The position numbers and the translations under genes were made by a program. Below, piece after piece: positions 19,860 through 29,710 of a DNA stretch of 64,000 bases. The stretch comes from Vulcanimicrobiota bacterium (GTDB lineage Bacteria > Vulcanimicrobiota > Xenobia > Xenobiales > JADMJV01). Location of the stretch: assembly GCA_050250895.1 (NCBI GenBank), contig JBFWNU010000004.1, positions 622,934 through 686,933 on the forward strand. Direction: 5' to 3'. Each line of letters begins with the position of its first letter. The stretch's first letter is position 1. Under the pieces are notes generated by a model. That model worked only from the letters and a program-made list of their open reading frames with translations, was not told the origin of the DNA and made no database searches.

Positions 19860-20732
19860 ATGTTTCGAGCTTGGATCGTGGTCCTGCTGTTGGTCTCGCC
19901 AGCCTGGGCCCTCGAGATCTACGTCAACAACCGGCCCTATCAGGGCCCCACCCAGGGAGCGGCCGACGCGATTCAACTGGAAGCTGCTCGTCTGTTCGAG
20001 TTGCTCGGGGGTGACTATCAGGTCAAAAACGACCGCATCCTCTTCGGGGGCGAGACCCTGACCCTCTATACCAGCCAGGGCCAACCGATGGTTTCGGCCC
20101 GCGAACTGGTCGACAAGATCGGAGGCCGCTACAACTACAACACCGAGTTGGGAGTGCTCGACATCTATGCTTTCGACCCCGCCGAGGCAGCCCGAAAGTC
20201 GCTACAACGGGTCATGTCGCTTCGGACCATCGAAAACGAGACCGATCTGGCCATCCTCTCCCGGCTGACCCGCCAGACGCTCGAGCAAAAGCTCGGACTG
20301 GATCTGGCCGACCGGGTCAACAGCATTCACCTGGCCACGGCTGATGAGATTCGCCAGGCCGGTGGGCCGGCCCGGGCGGCTTGCTATCTCAACCTGCAAG
20401 CTCAAATCGGAGGCGGCGGCAGCTATGAGATCCTGGTCCTCAAAGGGATGGCTCCCGACGACACCATCCGGGCCTTGAGTTGGGCCTGGGGAGTGGGGTG
20501 GGCTCGCGGCCGGGGGGCCGATCGCAACGACGACCTGCTGCGAGGCTTCGGAGAGTGGACGGCCTATCGAGTCTTGCGCGCCCTCACCGAGGTGCGCTCG
20601 TCCGAGACCGTCTTTCGGCGCTACGAACAGGTCGACCCGCGGGCCATCGCGGCCGCTCGTAGACTGGTCGAGGTCGAGTCGTTGGACGGGCCTCCGGCGG
20701 TATTGGAGTACATGCTCTCGCACGGTCGCTGA
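19860..20732 (+). CDS. secreted protein with a degenerate DA1/zincin-like C-terminal domain
   Basis: Signal peptide; ILVLKG...LSWAWGVGW...RGFGEWTAY resembles AHExxHAW...EGFxEWxAY without the catalytic residues. Confidence 0.55.
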   Translation: MFRAWIVVLLLVSPAWALEIYVNNRPYQGPTQGAADAIQLEAARLFELLGGDYQVKNDRILFGGETLTLYTSQGQPMVSARELVDKIGGRYNYNTELGVLDIYAFDPAEAARKSLQRVMSLRTIENETDLAILSRLTRQTLEQKLGLDLADRVNSIHLATADEIRQAGGPARAACYLNLQAQIGGGGSYEILVLKGMAPDDTIRALSWAWGVGWARGRGADRNDDLLRGFGEWTAYRVLRALTEVRSSETVFRRYEQVDPRAIAAARRLVEVESLDGPPAVLEYMLSHGR

Positions 20733-20819
20733 GCTTTTTCGGGGATATTTTAGGACGATGGCTTAGGTTGGAAGCAGGGTCCGGTCTCCACGCCAAAGAC
20801 TGCTCTTTTGGAGATAAGT

Positions 20820-21269
20820 ATGAAAGCGCAATGGAAACCCGTGGCCGGTCAGAACGAGACCGGCATCACCCGTTATCAGGCCGGCCGGGCCAAAGCCACC
20901 ATCCACCGCGAAGAGAACCATCTCTGCGCCGAGGCCACGGACGGCTGGCTGGGCCTGGGACGCAAAGTCGGCATCGCGTTTCGCGAGCACGACCTGTCCG
21001 ACGAGGTCGTGCTCGGTCGCATCGAAGACGCCCTGCACCCTCCTCGCTTCGGCGACTGGCAGCCGGTCGACGATCAGAAAGCCCTGGGTGTGACCCACTA
21101 TCGTGGCCGCGAGACCGAAGGCTTGATCCGCTCGAAGGTCGATGCCTACATCACCCGGGTCGGGGACGAGGCTCGGGTGATAGCTCAGGTGGGTCGTTTC
21201 GGCGAAGAGATTCAAGGCAACTTCTCCGCTCCGGTGCCCAGCGACCAGGAGATCCTCAGAGACCTCTAA
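20820..21269 (+). CDS. hypothetical protein with internal duplication
   Basis: WKPV...GITRYQ and WQPV...GVTHYR repeats; GGAG upstream. Confidence 0.65.
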   Translation: MKAQWKPVAGQNETGITRYQAGRAKATIHREENHLCAEATDGWLGLGRKVGIAFREHDLSDEVVLGRIEDALHPPRFGDWQPVDDQKALGVTHYRGRETEGLIRSKVDAYITRVGDEARVIAQVGRFGEEIQGNFSAPVPSDQEILRDL

Positions 21270-22054
21270 GGAACCGTGTAGGTTACTCCCTGCTCGAGCT
21301 GCACTCGACCCTGGGCGGTCTGGAACTTCACGGCCAGGCTCTGGCGATGGCGCGCGTCGGCGGTGGGTCGGTAGACCTCGAAGTGCAGATGGGGCGCCGT
21401 GGCATAGCCGGTGGCCCCCGACAGACCGAGCAGTTGGCCGGTCTCGACCCGCTGGCCGACTTTCACCCGAGCCCCGCCCGGGCTCAGGTGCACATAGTCA
21501 GCCAGGCTGCCGTCGTCATGCACCACCGCGATGAGGTTGGCCTGGCTTTTGAGGCCGGGGTCGTTGCCCCCTTCGGTAAAGTGGTCGATGACGGCCACCA
21601 CCAGTCCCCCCCGGGCGGCCAGCACCGGAGTCTGCGGTGGGCACTCGAAGTCGAGAGCATAGGTGTCCTGGTGCGTGAACGTGCCCAGGTAGCCCTGAAT
21701 CACCAACACGGATTCGCCCCGGGCAAAGGGAATGCGATAGGTGACGGCATCGCTGGGCTTGACCCGATAATCCCCCAGCTGCCACCAGTGCTTATAGTTG
21801 TAGCGTCCGGGCTGGTCACCTCGCCAACGCAGCGTGGTCACCCGAAGGGTGTGGCCGGCCGGCACCACCACTGTGCGGGGTAGAGGGGGAATGGCCTTGA
21901 GGTGCTCGAGTTGGGCCTCGACCCAGACGGTGGTCGGGACCCTCTCTTCGTTGATGGCCACGAAGACGACGTCGTTTCCCTGGCGCACCGCCTCGACTCG
22001 GACCCCGTCGGCCCAGGCCGAAGTCATCACTAGGAGCAGCAGAAGCCATCGCAC
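21266..22054 (-). CDS. M23-family metallopeptidase
   Basis: THQDTYALDF, YVHL, SGATGYATAPHLHF; signal peptide. Confidence 0.9.
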   Translation of the reverse strand: MRWLLLLLVMTSAWADGVRVEAVRQGNDVVFVAINEERVPTTVWVEAQLEHLKAIPPLPRTVVVPAGHTLRVTTLRWRGDQPGRYNYKHWWQLGDYRVKPSDAVTYRIPFARGESVLVIQGYLGTFTHQDTYALDFECPPQTPVLAARGGLVVAVIDHFTEGGNDPGLKSQANLIAVVHDDGSLADYVHLSPGGARVKVGQRVETGQLLGLSGATGYATAPHLHFEVYRPTADARHRQSLAVKFQTAQGRVQLEQGVTYTVP

Positions 22055-22134
22055 CCGATGTTCTTCGCGCGGGGCTCGGGTCGACCTGTCGGCAGGGATC
22101 ACACACCGCCGACCCAGAACATGGCTACTCGGAA

Positions 22135-22443
22135 ATGTTGCGTCTACGCCATAGCTTGTGTGCCTTGCTGGTAGCTTTCGCCTTTGTCGGCTATAGCTTT
22201 GACGTGGAATGCCTGCTGGGCCATGGAGTCTGCCCCGATAGTTGCCAGACGCAGGTGTCCGATGCCTGCGCTCAGCCTGTCATCGCGGTGACCCCTCAAT
22301 CTGTCGCCCTGCCGTTCGCGCTGGTCGACTACGTCGGCCTGGCCACCAGCTGCCTCACCGGCCGGCTCCCGGGCCAACCCACGCCCAGCTTGTTGCGGCC
22401 CCCACTGATTTGTCAGATCAGTTCGCGCGGCCCCCCTGCCTGA
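22135..22443 (+). CDS. Cys/His-containing leader (uORF) peptide ending in RGPPA, DUF2946/CutF/CruR-like
   Basis: Hydrophobic N-terminus, CLLGHGVCPDSC, C-terminal RGPP directly upstream of a metal efflux operon. Confidence 0.7.
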   Translation: MLRLRHSLCALLVAFAFVGYSFDVECLLGHGVCPDSCQTQVSDACAQPVIAVTPQSVALPFALVDYVGLATSCLTGRLPGQPTPSLLRPPLICQISSRGPPA

Positions 22444-22478
22444 CGACCTGTAGACGGTAACAAAACTACCTCAGGAGG
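22435..22478 (+). promoter_or_regulatory. hairpin sequestering the Shine-Dalgarno of czcC
   Basis: CCT-G-CCTGA (22435-22443) can pair with TCAGG-AGG (22471-22478). Confidence 0.5.
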
Positions 22479-22484
22479 TGCGCT

Positions 22485-23681
22485 TTGGCATTTCGCCTTC
22501 TCCTGATGGTGTTGGTCCTTAACGCGCCCCCAGATCAGGCCCTCACCTTATCCGAGGCTCTGCGCCTGTGCCTGGCCACCCACCCGGCCGTTAGCGAGGC
22601 CCGGGCTCAGGTGGGGGGCCTTCAGGGCTATACCAACTCCATCGGTTCACAACCTAATCCAGTCTTGACTCTGTCGGGCACCGCTGGTGAGCCCGGTGAG
22701 GACGCCAATTCCCTGGTGCAAACCCTGGAAATCTCGGGACAGCCTCGCCTGCGCCGGCTGGCTTCTGCGCAGGAACTGGCCGCGGCCGAGTTCGGGCTAG
22801 AGGCTCTGCGTCGGCGCCTGGCCCTGGAGCTGGCCCGAGCCTATTTCACGCTTTGGGAGCAGAGCCAGACCGAGCAACTGGCGGCCACTCAGCTCGAGCT
22901 GGCTCGAGGGCTGGTGCGGGCTTCCCAACGACGCCTGGAAGAAGGCGCCATCTCGCGCAACCAGCATCTTCGCAGCCAATTGGCCGAAGCCGCCGCCAGC
23001 GCGCGATTGGCCGAACTCAAAGGTCAGGTCGACGCGGCCAGCGCCGATCTCAACCTGTTGCTCGGTCGTGCACCCCAGCAGCCGCTGCGGCTGGACACTC
23101 CCGGTCTTGCTCCGCTCGAGACCGGGCTCGACGACCTCGACGCTCGCCTGGCCGAGCAGCCCGAACTGGCGGCCGCTCACCAAACCCTGCTGGCTCGCCA
23201 AACCGACCTCGAGCTGGCCCAAAAGGGAAACGCACCCCGGCTGCAGCTGTCAGCCTATTCTTCGCGACTCTACGGCAATCCGACCCAGGGAGCCCAGTTG
23301 TCGCTGGTGATCCCGCTGTGGGACTGGGGCCAGCAACAGGCGGCCGAGCGCAGAGCGGCCGGACAAGCCGAGGCTCAGGCCGCCCAGGTCGACCGGGTGC
23401 GGCTAGAGTTGCGACGCCGGCTGGCCCAGAGTTACGCCCTGTACCAGAGTTCTCAAGCACGGGTGGCAGCGCTGGAAGAACAAGCATCCCACTACCGCGA
23501 GCTATCCGAGATGGCCCATCGGGGATACCAGGCCGGCCTGCTCGATCTCGTCGAGGTGCTCGAGACCGAGAAAGCCTACCGCAACAGCGCCGAACAAACC
23601 GTGCAGGCCCGCGCTCAAGCCGCCCTGAGCGGCCTCGAGCTACGCCTACTAAGCGGCGAAAAGCCCTGGGAGTCACCATGA
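22485..23681 (+). CDS. czcC: TolC/CzcC outer-membrane efflux protein
   Basis: QPNP, IPLWD, YQAGLLDLVEVL OEP motifs. Confidence 0.85.
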   Translation: MAFRLLLMVLVLNAPPDQALTLSEALRLCLATHPAVSEARAQVGGLQGYTNSIGSQPNPVLTLSGTAGEPGEDANSLVQTLEISGQPRLRRLASAQELAAAEFGLEALRRRLALELARAYFTLWEQSQTEQLAATQLELARGLVRASQRRLEEGAISRNQHLRSQLAEAAASARLAELKGQVDAASADLNLLLGRAPQQPLRLDTPGLAPLETGLDDLDARLAEQPELAAAHQTLLARQTDLELAQKGNAPRLQLSAYSSRLYGNPTQGAQLSLVIPLWDWGQQQAAERRAAGQAEAQAAQVDRVRLELRRRLAQSYALYQSSQARVAALEEQASHYRELSEMAHRGYQAGLLDLVEVLETEKAYRNSAEQTVQARAQAALSGLELRLLSGEKPWESP

Positions 23682-25084
23682 AGAAACTCTTGCTCATCAC
23701 CGTCAGCCTGCTGTGCCTGATCGCTTGCGGTCAGCCGCCCCAGCCGGCCGAAGAAGAACACCATCACGAGGAAGAGGCCGAAGCCGGCCTGCACCTCGAG
23801 CCAGCTCAGCAAAAAGAGGCCGGTATTGCTCTGGCCTCTCCCACCATGGCCGAGGTGGCTCGAGGCATCGAGCTGAGCGCCGTGCTGGTGCCCGACCCCG
23901 ACCGTCAGGTCATCATTTCATCGCAGCTCGACGGCCGGGTCCACAAACTGTTCGTCCAGCTGGGCGAGCGAGTCCAGGTGGGTCAGGCCCTGGTGGCCGT
24001 CGACAGCACCGAGCTGGCCCGGCTCAAAGCCGAGTATCATCAATCCCGGGTCGAGTCGAGTCTGGCCGAGAACAACCTCGAGACGAGCCGCCAACTGGCC
24101 GCATTGGGCGACGAGACACGACGCCCCCTAGAAGAGGCGAGCGCCGAGGTGATCGCCGCCCAGGCAGCCGAGGCCCGCGCCCTGGCCGATCTGGAGGCTC
24201 ATCAGAAAGCCCTGGCCAGACTCGAACGGTTGCTCGACGACGGCATCGCCTCACGCCAGCAGGCCGAGGCCGCCCGAGCCGAGGTGGCCGCCGATCAGGC
24301 AGCCCTTACCCGAGCCCGGGCCGACCTGCAACTGGCCCGCAAACATCAGGCTCGGGAATCCGAGATTGCCAACCGCCGTCTGCGCCAACGCCGCGAGGTG
24401 TGGCAGGCCCAGGCCAGCGCCAGTCGCTCGCGCGAAGAGCTGCGCCACAGCGAAGAGCTACTCGAGCTACTGGGGGCCAGCCCCGAGACCCACGAGAGCC
24501 TGCTCGAACTCCGGGCACCGATCGGGGGCCTGGTGACCTCGCGCCCGGCCCGTCGCGGTCAAACCGTCAAATCCGGCGAGGAACTGCTGACGGTTACCGA
24601 TCTCTCGGAGTTGTGGGTGTGGGTCGATCTTTACGACCGTGACCTGCCTCGCGTGAGCGAGGGCATGCAAGCCATGATCCGGGTGCAGGCCTATCCCGAT
24701 CGCACCTTTCACGGCCGACTCGATCTGATCGATACTCGAGTAGACAGCGAGACCCGCACGGCCCGCGGGCTGGTCAAGCTGCGCAACCGTGAGGCCCTGC
24801 TCAAGCCTGGCATGTACGCTGGCGTCGAACTGCTGTCGCAACAGGCCGAACCCGGCTTGACCGTGCCGGCCGACGCGGTGACCACGGTAGAAGGAACCGA
24901 AGTGGTCTATGTGCAGGTCGAGCCAGATCATTTCGAGCGTCGGCTGGTACGCCTGGGCAACCGCCGCGAGGGGCGGGTGGAAGTGCTCGAGGGGCTGAAC
25001 CTGAGCGATCGGGTGGTTATCAGCGGGGTCTTCGCGCTCAAATCGGTCGACCTCAGAAGCAGCATCGGAGGACACCACCATTGA
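23678..25084 (+). CDS. czcB: CzcB/CusB RND periplasmic adaptor
   Basis: Lipobox, HHHE, LRAPIGG, TDLSELWV, LKPGMY; His-rich C-terminus. Confidence 0.9.
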   Translation: MKKLLLITVSLLCLIACGQPPQPAEEEHHHEEEAEAGLHLEPAQQKEAGIALASPTMAEVARGIELSAVLVPDPDRQVIISSQLDGRVHKLFVQLGERVQVGQALVAVDSTELARLKAEYHQSRVESSLAENNLETSRQLAALGDETRRPLEEASAEVIAAQAAEARALADLEAHQKALARLERLLDDGIASRQQAEAARAEVAADQAALTRARADLQLARKHQARESEIANRRLRQRREVWQAQASASRSREELRHSEELLELLGASPETHESLLELRAPIGGLVTSRPARRGQTVKSGEELLTVTDLSELWVWVDLYDRDLPRVSEGMQAMIRVQAYPDRTFHGRLDLIDTRVDSETRTARGLVKLRNREALLKPGMYAGVELLSQQAEPGLTVPADAVTTVEGTEVVYVQVEPDHFERRLVRLGNRREGRVEVLEGLNLSDRVVISGVFALKSVDLRSSIGGHHH

Positions 25085-28000
25085 TCGATCGCTGTCTGAG
25101 CTGGGCTCTCGAGAACCGGGCCGTGGTCCTGTTGCTGACCCTGTTGATGGCCGGACTGGGCCTGCGTTCACTGGGCCAGCTGCCCATCGATGCCGTGCCC
25201 GATGTCACCGACGTGCAAGTCCAGATCAACACCAACAGCCCGGGTCTTTCGCCGCCCGAGGTGGAGCGTCTCATTACCTTTCCCGTCGAGCAGGCCATGG
25301 CCGGTTTGCCCGACCTGCGCCAGGTTCGGTCTTTGTCCAAGTACGGGTTGTCTCAGGTGACGGTGGTTTTCGCCGACGGAACCGACCTCTATTTCGCCCG
25401 CCAGCTGGTGCTGGAACGACTGCAGGTGGCCCGCGCCGAGATCCCTCCCGACCTGGGCGAGCCCGAGATGGGGCCCATCTCGACGGGTCTGGGCGAGATC
25501 TATCAGTACGAACTACGGGGCCAGGGCCAGAGCCTGACCGAGTTGCGTGCTTTGCAGGACTGGTTCGTCAAGCGCCAGCTGTTGACCGTGGACGGGGTGA
25601 CCGAGGTCAACTCGTTCGGCGGTCTCGAGAAGCAATATCAAGTGGTGGCCGACCCTTTTCGTCTGCGCGCCTACAACCTCACCCTGGTCGACCTCTATCG
25701 GGCCATCGAAGAGAACAACCGCAACGCTGGCGCCGGCTTCATGGAATATCGAGACGAGCAATATCTGATTCGGGGCGTCGGCCTGGTGCGGGGCATCCCG
25801 GACATCGAGTCGATCGTCCTGGCTGAAGAGAACGGCACCGCCGTCACCGTGGCCGACGTGGCCCAGGTGACCACGGGACCGGCCCTGCGCCAGGGAGCCG
25901 TCTCGCGCGATGGTCGAGGCGAGGCGGTGACCGGCATCGTCATGATGCTGGTGGGAGAAAATAGCCGGGCGGTAGCCCGTCGGGTCGATGCCCGCCTGCA
26001 AGAGATCCAGGCTCAATTGCCCGAGGGAGTCACCATCGAGCCATTCTACGACCGCACCGAACTGGTCGACCGGACCATCCATACCGTGGCCCGTAACCTG
26101 GCCGAGGGAGCGGTGCTGGTCATCGTGGTGCTGTTCGTGATGGTGGGCAATTTTCGGGCCGCCCTCATCACGGCTCTGGCCATTCCCTTGTCGATGCTGT
26201 TCGCCTCGACCCTCATGCTCAAAGCCGGAGTGAGTGGGAATTTGATGAGTCTGGGCGCCATCGACTTCGGTTTGCTGGTAGACGGCAGTGTGGTGATGGT
26301 CGAGAACGCCTTGCGGCGCCTCTCGCAGGCGGGGGACCGACCTCGCCAGCAGGTGCTGCTCGAGTCGGCCCAGGAGGTGGGACGGCCCATCGCCTTCGGC
26401 ATCGGGATCATCATCGTGGTCTACCTGCCCGTGATGAGTCTCACCGGCATGGAAGGCAAGATGTTCCACCCCATGGCTTTCACGGTCGTCTTCGCGCTGC
26501 TGGGCTCGCTGTTGTTAGCCCTGACTACCACTCCGGTGCTGGTCAGCCTGTTGGTGCGAGAGGCCGGCCACAGCTCTCGACTCGACCGCCTCAAAGCCCG
26601 CTATCGCAGCCTGCTCGAGAGCACGTTGCCGCGACCGCTGCCGATCGCCCTGGCGGCCATCGCCCTCTTCGCTATAAGCCTGGTCGCCTTCTCGCGGCTG
26701 GGGGCCGAATTCATCCCCGAGCTTGACGAAGGAGCCCTGGCTGTGCAGGCCATTCGCCTTCCCAGCGTGTCTTTGACCAAGTCGCTCGAGCAGGCCCAGC
26801 TCATCGAGAAGGCCCTGCTCGAGTTTGACGAGGTGACCGGCGTGGTGTCGAAGACGGGGCGTCCCGATCTGGCCACCGACCCGATGGGGGTCGAGATCTC
26901 GGACGTGCTGGTCAGCCTTCGGCCTGACCATCAAACCCCGAAAGCCGAACTGGTGGCTGCCATGGAAGAACGTCTGGAAAAGATCCCCGGCATCGCCTTT
27001 TCGTTCTCGCAGCCTATCGAACTCAGAGTCGAAGAGCTCGTTTCGGGGGTTCGCTCCGATGTCGCATTGAAAATCTTCGGAGACGACCTGCCGGCCCTGC
27101 GTCAGGCGGCCGAGCGAGCGGCCGCCCGGATCAGGACCATTCCCGGGGCCCGTGACGTGGCCGTCGAGCAGACCACCGGGCTACCCTATCTCGACGTCGA
27201 GGTAGATCGTAGAGCCCTGGCCCGCCACGGGATCAACGTGGCCGACCTGACCGCCATGCTTGAAGTCGGTTTGGGTGAAGCCTCTCCCGGCACGGTGGTC
27301 GAAGGCGATCGTCGCTTCCCCATCGTGATCAAACTCGACCCGCGCTTTACCCTCGAACCCGAGGCTCTGGGAGCTATTCCCGTCCCCGGCCCGCGAGGGC
27401 ATACCATCCCGCTCGATCAGCTGGCCCGCCTCGAGGTCGAAACCGGCCTGGCTCAGATCAGCCGCGAGAACGGCCAGCGGCGGGTGGTGGTCGAGGCCAA
27501 CGTGCGCGGCCGCGATCTGGTCAGCTTCGTCCATCAAGCCCGCGAAGAGGTCGCCGAGGTCATCGGCCCCGGAATGTTCCCGGTCTGGGGAGGCGAGTTC
27601 GAGAACTTCGAGCGGGCGCGCTCGCGCCTGCTGGTCGTGGTACCCCTCACGTTGGCCGTCATTCTGGTGTTGTTGTTTGCCCACTCGGGCTCGGCCGAGC
27701 AAGCGATGTTGGTCTTTCTCAACGTGCCTTTCGCGGTCACCGGCGGAGTGGCCGCCCTGGTCCTGCGCGGGATGCCGTTCTCGATTTCGGCTGGAGTAGG
27801 CTTCATCGCACTCTTTGGCATCGCCGTCCTCAACGGGTTGGTGCTGCTAAGCCGGGTAAGCCAGCTGCGCGCGCAGTTGCCCCTCTACCAGGCGGTGATC
27901 GAGGGCTCGCTCGATCGTCTGCGGCCGGTGCTCACCACCGCCCTGGTGGCTGGCCTGGGCTTTCTGCCCATGGCGTTCGGCCACGGGGCCGGCGCCGAGG

Positions 28001-28134
28001 TGCAGCGACCGTTGGCCACGGTGGTCATCGGCGGTCTCGTCACCAGCACCGTCTTGACGCTGCTGGTGATTCCCACGCTCTATCACTGGTGGGAAAAGGA
28101 CTTCAAAGCCGATTCAGCCAAGCTCGAGGCTTGA
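25081..28134 (+). CDS. czcA: CzcA/CusA heavy-metal RND permease
   Basis: LPIDAVPDVT, NLMSLGAIDFG, GAEVQRPLATVVIGG. Confidence 0.95.
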   Translation: MIDRCLSWALENRAVVLLLTLLMAGLGLRSLGQLPIDAVPDVTDVQVQINTNSPGLSPPEVERLITFPVEQAMAGLPDLRQVRSLSKYGLSQVTVVFADGTDLYFARQLVLERLQVARAEIPPDLGEPEMGPISTGLGEIYQYELRGQGQSLTELRALQDWFVKRQLLTVDGVTEVNSFGGLEKQYQVVADPFRLRAYNLTLVDLYRAIEENNRNAGAGFMEYRDEQYLIRGVGLVRGIPDIESIVLAEENGTAVTVADVAQVTTGPALRQGAVSRDGRGEAVTGIVMMLVGENSRAVARRVDARLQEIQAQLPEGVTIEPFYDRTELVDRTIHTVARNLAEGAVLVIVVLFVMVGNFRAALITALAIPLSMLFASTLMLKAGVSGNLMSLGAIDFGLLVDGSVVMVENALRRLSQAGDRPRQQVLLESAQEVGRPIAFGIGIIIVVYLPVMSLTGMEGKMFHPMAFTVVFALLGSLLLALTTTPVLVSLLVREAGHSSRLDRLKARYRSLLESTLPRPLPIALAAIALFAISLVAFSRLGAEFIPELDEGALAVQAIRLPSVSLTKSLEQAQLIEKALLEFDEVTGVVSKTGRPDLATDPMGVEISDVLVSLRPDHQTPKAELVAAMEERLEKIPGIAFSFSQPIELRVEELVSGVRSDVALKIFGDDLPALRQAAERAAARIRTIPGARDVAVEQTTGLPYLDVEVDRRALARHGINVADLTAMLEVGLGEASPGTVVEGDRRFPIVIKLDPRFTLEPEALGAIPVPGPRGHTIPLDQLARLEVETGLAQISRENGQRRVVVEANVRGRDLVSFVHQAREEVAEVIGPGMFPVWGGEFENFERARSRLLVVVPLTLAVILVLLFAHSGSAEQAMLVFLNVPFAVTGGVAALVLRGMPFSISAGVGFIALFGIAVLNGLVLLSRVSQLRAQLPLYQAVIEGSLDRLRPVLTTALVAGLGFLPMAFGHGAGAEVQRPLATVVIGGLVTSTVLTLLVIPTLYHWWEKDFKADSAKLEA

Positions 28135-28766
28135 TTGGTTGGTTTCTCAGGCAGGCACGCACCATTCTGGCCGGTTACCGCCGTGTCCGCGGCTGGCTCC
28201 GGTCCCAGGCCGTGCGCCGCGAACTCTCGACTCTGGCCGGTCTCAGCTTCACCCAGGACTATCTCAAGCCGTGGCTACCCAACTGGGATGTCCACTTACG
28301 CCCCCTCCAGCCGCGGCACATCCTGGAGATCGGCTCTTTTGAGGGACGCTCCGCTTGCTGGTTTCTCGAGGCCTTTCCGCACAGTCACCTGACCTGTGTC
28401 GACCCGTTCTACGACGACATCTACGAGCAGCGATTCGAGCATAACGTCAGACGGGCCGGCGGCGAAGGTCGCGTGACCAGGTGCAAAGGTCGCTCCGAGG
28501 CCATCTTGCCCACTCTGGCGCCCGAGAGCTACGACCTCATCTATATCGACGGGTCACACAAGGCCGTGCATGTTCTCTTCGACGCCTTGATGGGCCTGGA
28601 GTTGCTGCGGCCCGGCGGCGTGATGGTGTTTGACGACTACCTTTGGTGCCTTCAATTGCCCAGCGAAGACCGGCCTCAGCTGGCCATCGACTTCTTCCTC
28701 AAGCAGCACCCCGAACTCCAGGTCCTCTACCACGGCTATCAAGTGATGGTGCGCAAGCCGAATTAG
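28131..28766 (+). CDS. class I SAM-dependent methyltransferase (Methyltransf_24-like)
   Basis: LEIGSFEGRS, YDLIYIDGSH, FDDY. Confidence 0.9.
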   Translation: MIGWFLRQARTILAGYRRVRGWLRSQAVRRELSTLAGLSFTQDYLKPWLPNWDVHLRPLQPRHILEIGSFEGRSACWFLEAFPHSHLTCVDPFYDDIYEQRFEHNVRRAGGEGRVTRCKGRSEAILPTLAPESYDLIYIDGSHKAVHVLFDALMGLELLRPGGVMVFDDYLWCLQLPSEDRPQLAIDFFLKQHPELQVLYHGYQVMVRKPN

Positions 28767-29710
28767 ACCGGCAGATCTCGCCAACCACGCAGCTCGCGCC
28801 CGGTGCGAAATCGCCGAATGGCCTGGCCGACCGCGCCGAAGTCGTGAGTCTCGAGCAGATCCTCGAGGTAAAGGCAACGTTGGGCCACGGCCGGTAGTTC
28901 GAAGGTCCAGTAAAGGCTCATCAAAGGATTGATGAAGAGTTCGCTGCCCTGAGTCCGGGTGGTCGAGTGGACATCCCCAAATCGGCCCACCGCCGCCGAC
29001 AGAATCGACGAGGCCACGATGCTGGGATGGTCAGGCATCTGTCCGTGGACATAATCGAGGACTTGCTTGAACCGGTAGCTCTCGGCAAACTCGGGCAAGA
29101 GCGAAAATGCTCCGAGAAAGGCTCCGGCCCGCGTCAGGTCGGCCACGGCTTCGAGAAAATAGTGATGGCAAACCCCGTGGAAGGTATCCACCCCGAAGCC
29201 GATGCAGGTCAACAAGCGGGTGGGTAGCTCGAGTTGATAGGCGGCGGCGATGCTGGCCAGGTCCTCGGACGGGGTGCCGAGACCTTCTTCGTCACCGCGC
29301 ATCAGGCTGTCGGTGCCCCCGTCGACGAGGACCAATGCCTCGACTCCGAGTTTGTCGACGAGGGCCTGGTAGGCCTGGCGCAACGGCACCACCCCGGCCT
29401 TCTCGAAGCAATAGACTCGAGCCTCGGGGTCTTCGTGCTGGCATAACCACTGGCACAGGTAACGCTCGGGAAAGTAGAAATCCGGCCCGTCGGTGTCCGG
29501 GCCGACCTCGACCAGCACTGGAGTCAGTCGCGGGGCCGAGCAAGTCTCGAGCCGCGAAAAGGAAAGATTGGCTAGATAGACCTGCTTGCCTCGAGCTCGC
29601 AGCCAAAAATAGAGAGGCAGCCCCGAGAAGATGTCAAAACCGCCTCCCGCCCCGGCCAGCAGAATGCGCTGGTGTCCATCGAGCCGCTTGAGGAGCAGGA
29701 CCTCGAGCAT
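28763..29710 (-). CDS. DUF1152 family protein
   Basis: AGAGGGFD, VDGGTDSLMRGDE, GFGVD. Confidence 0.9.
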   Translation of the reverse strand: MLEVLLLKRLDGHQRILLAGAGGGFDIFSGLPLYFWLRARGKQVYLANLSFSRLETCSAPRLTPVLVEVGPDTDGPDFYFPERYLCQWLCQHEDPEARVYCFEKAGVVPLRQAYQALVDKLGVEALVLVDGGTDSLMRGDEEGLGTPSEDLASIAAAYQLELPTRLLTCIGFGVDTFHGVCHHYFLEAVADLTRAGAFLGAFSLLPEFAESYRFKQVLDYVHGQMPDHPSIVASSILSAAVGRFGDVHSTTRTQGSELFINPLMSLYWTFELPAVAQRCLYLEDLLETHDFGAVGQAIRRFRTGRELRGWRDLPV

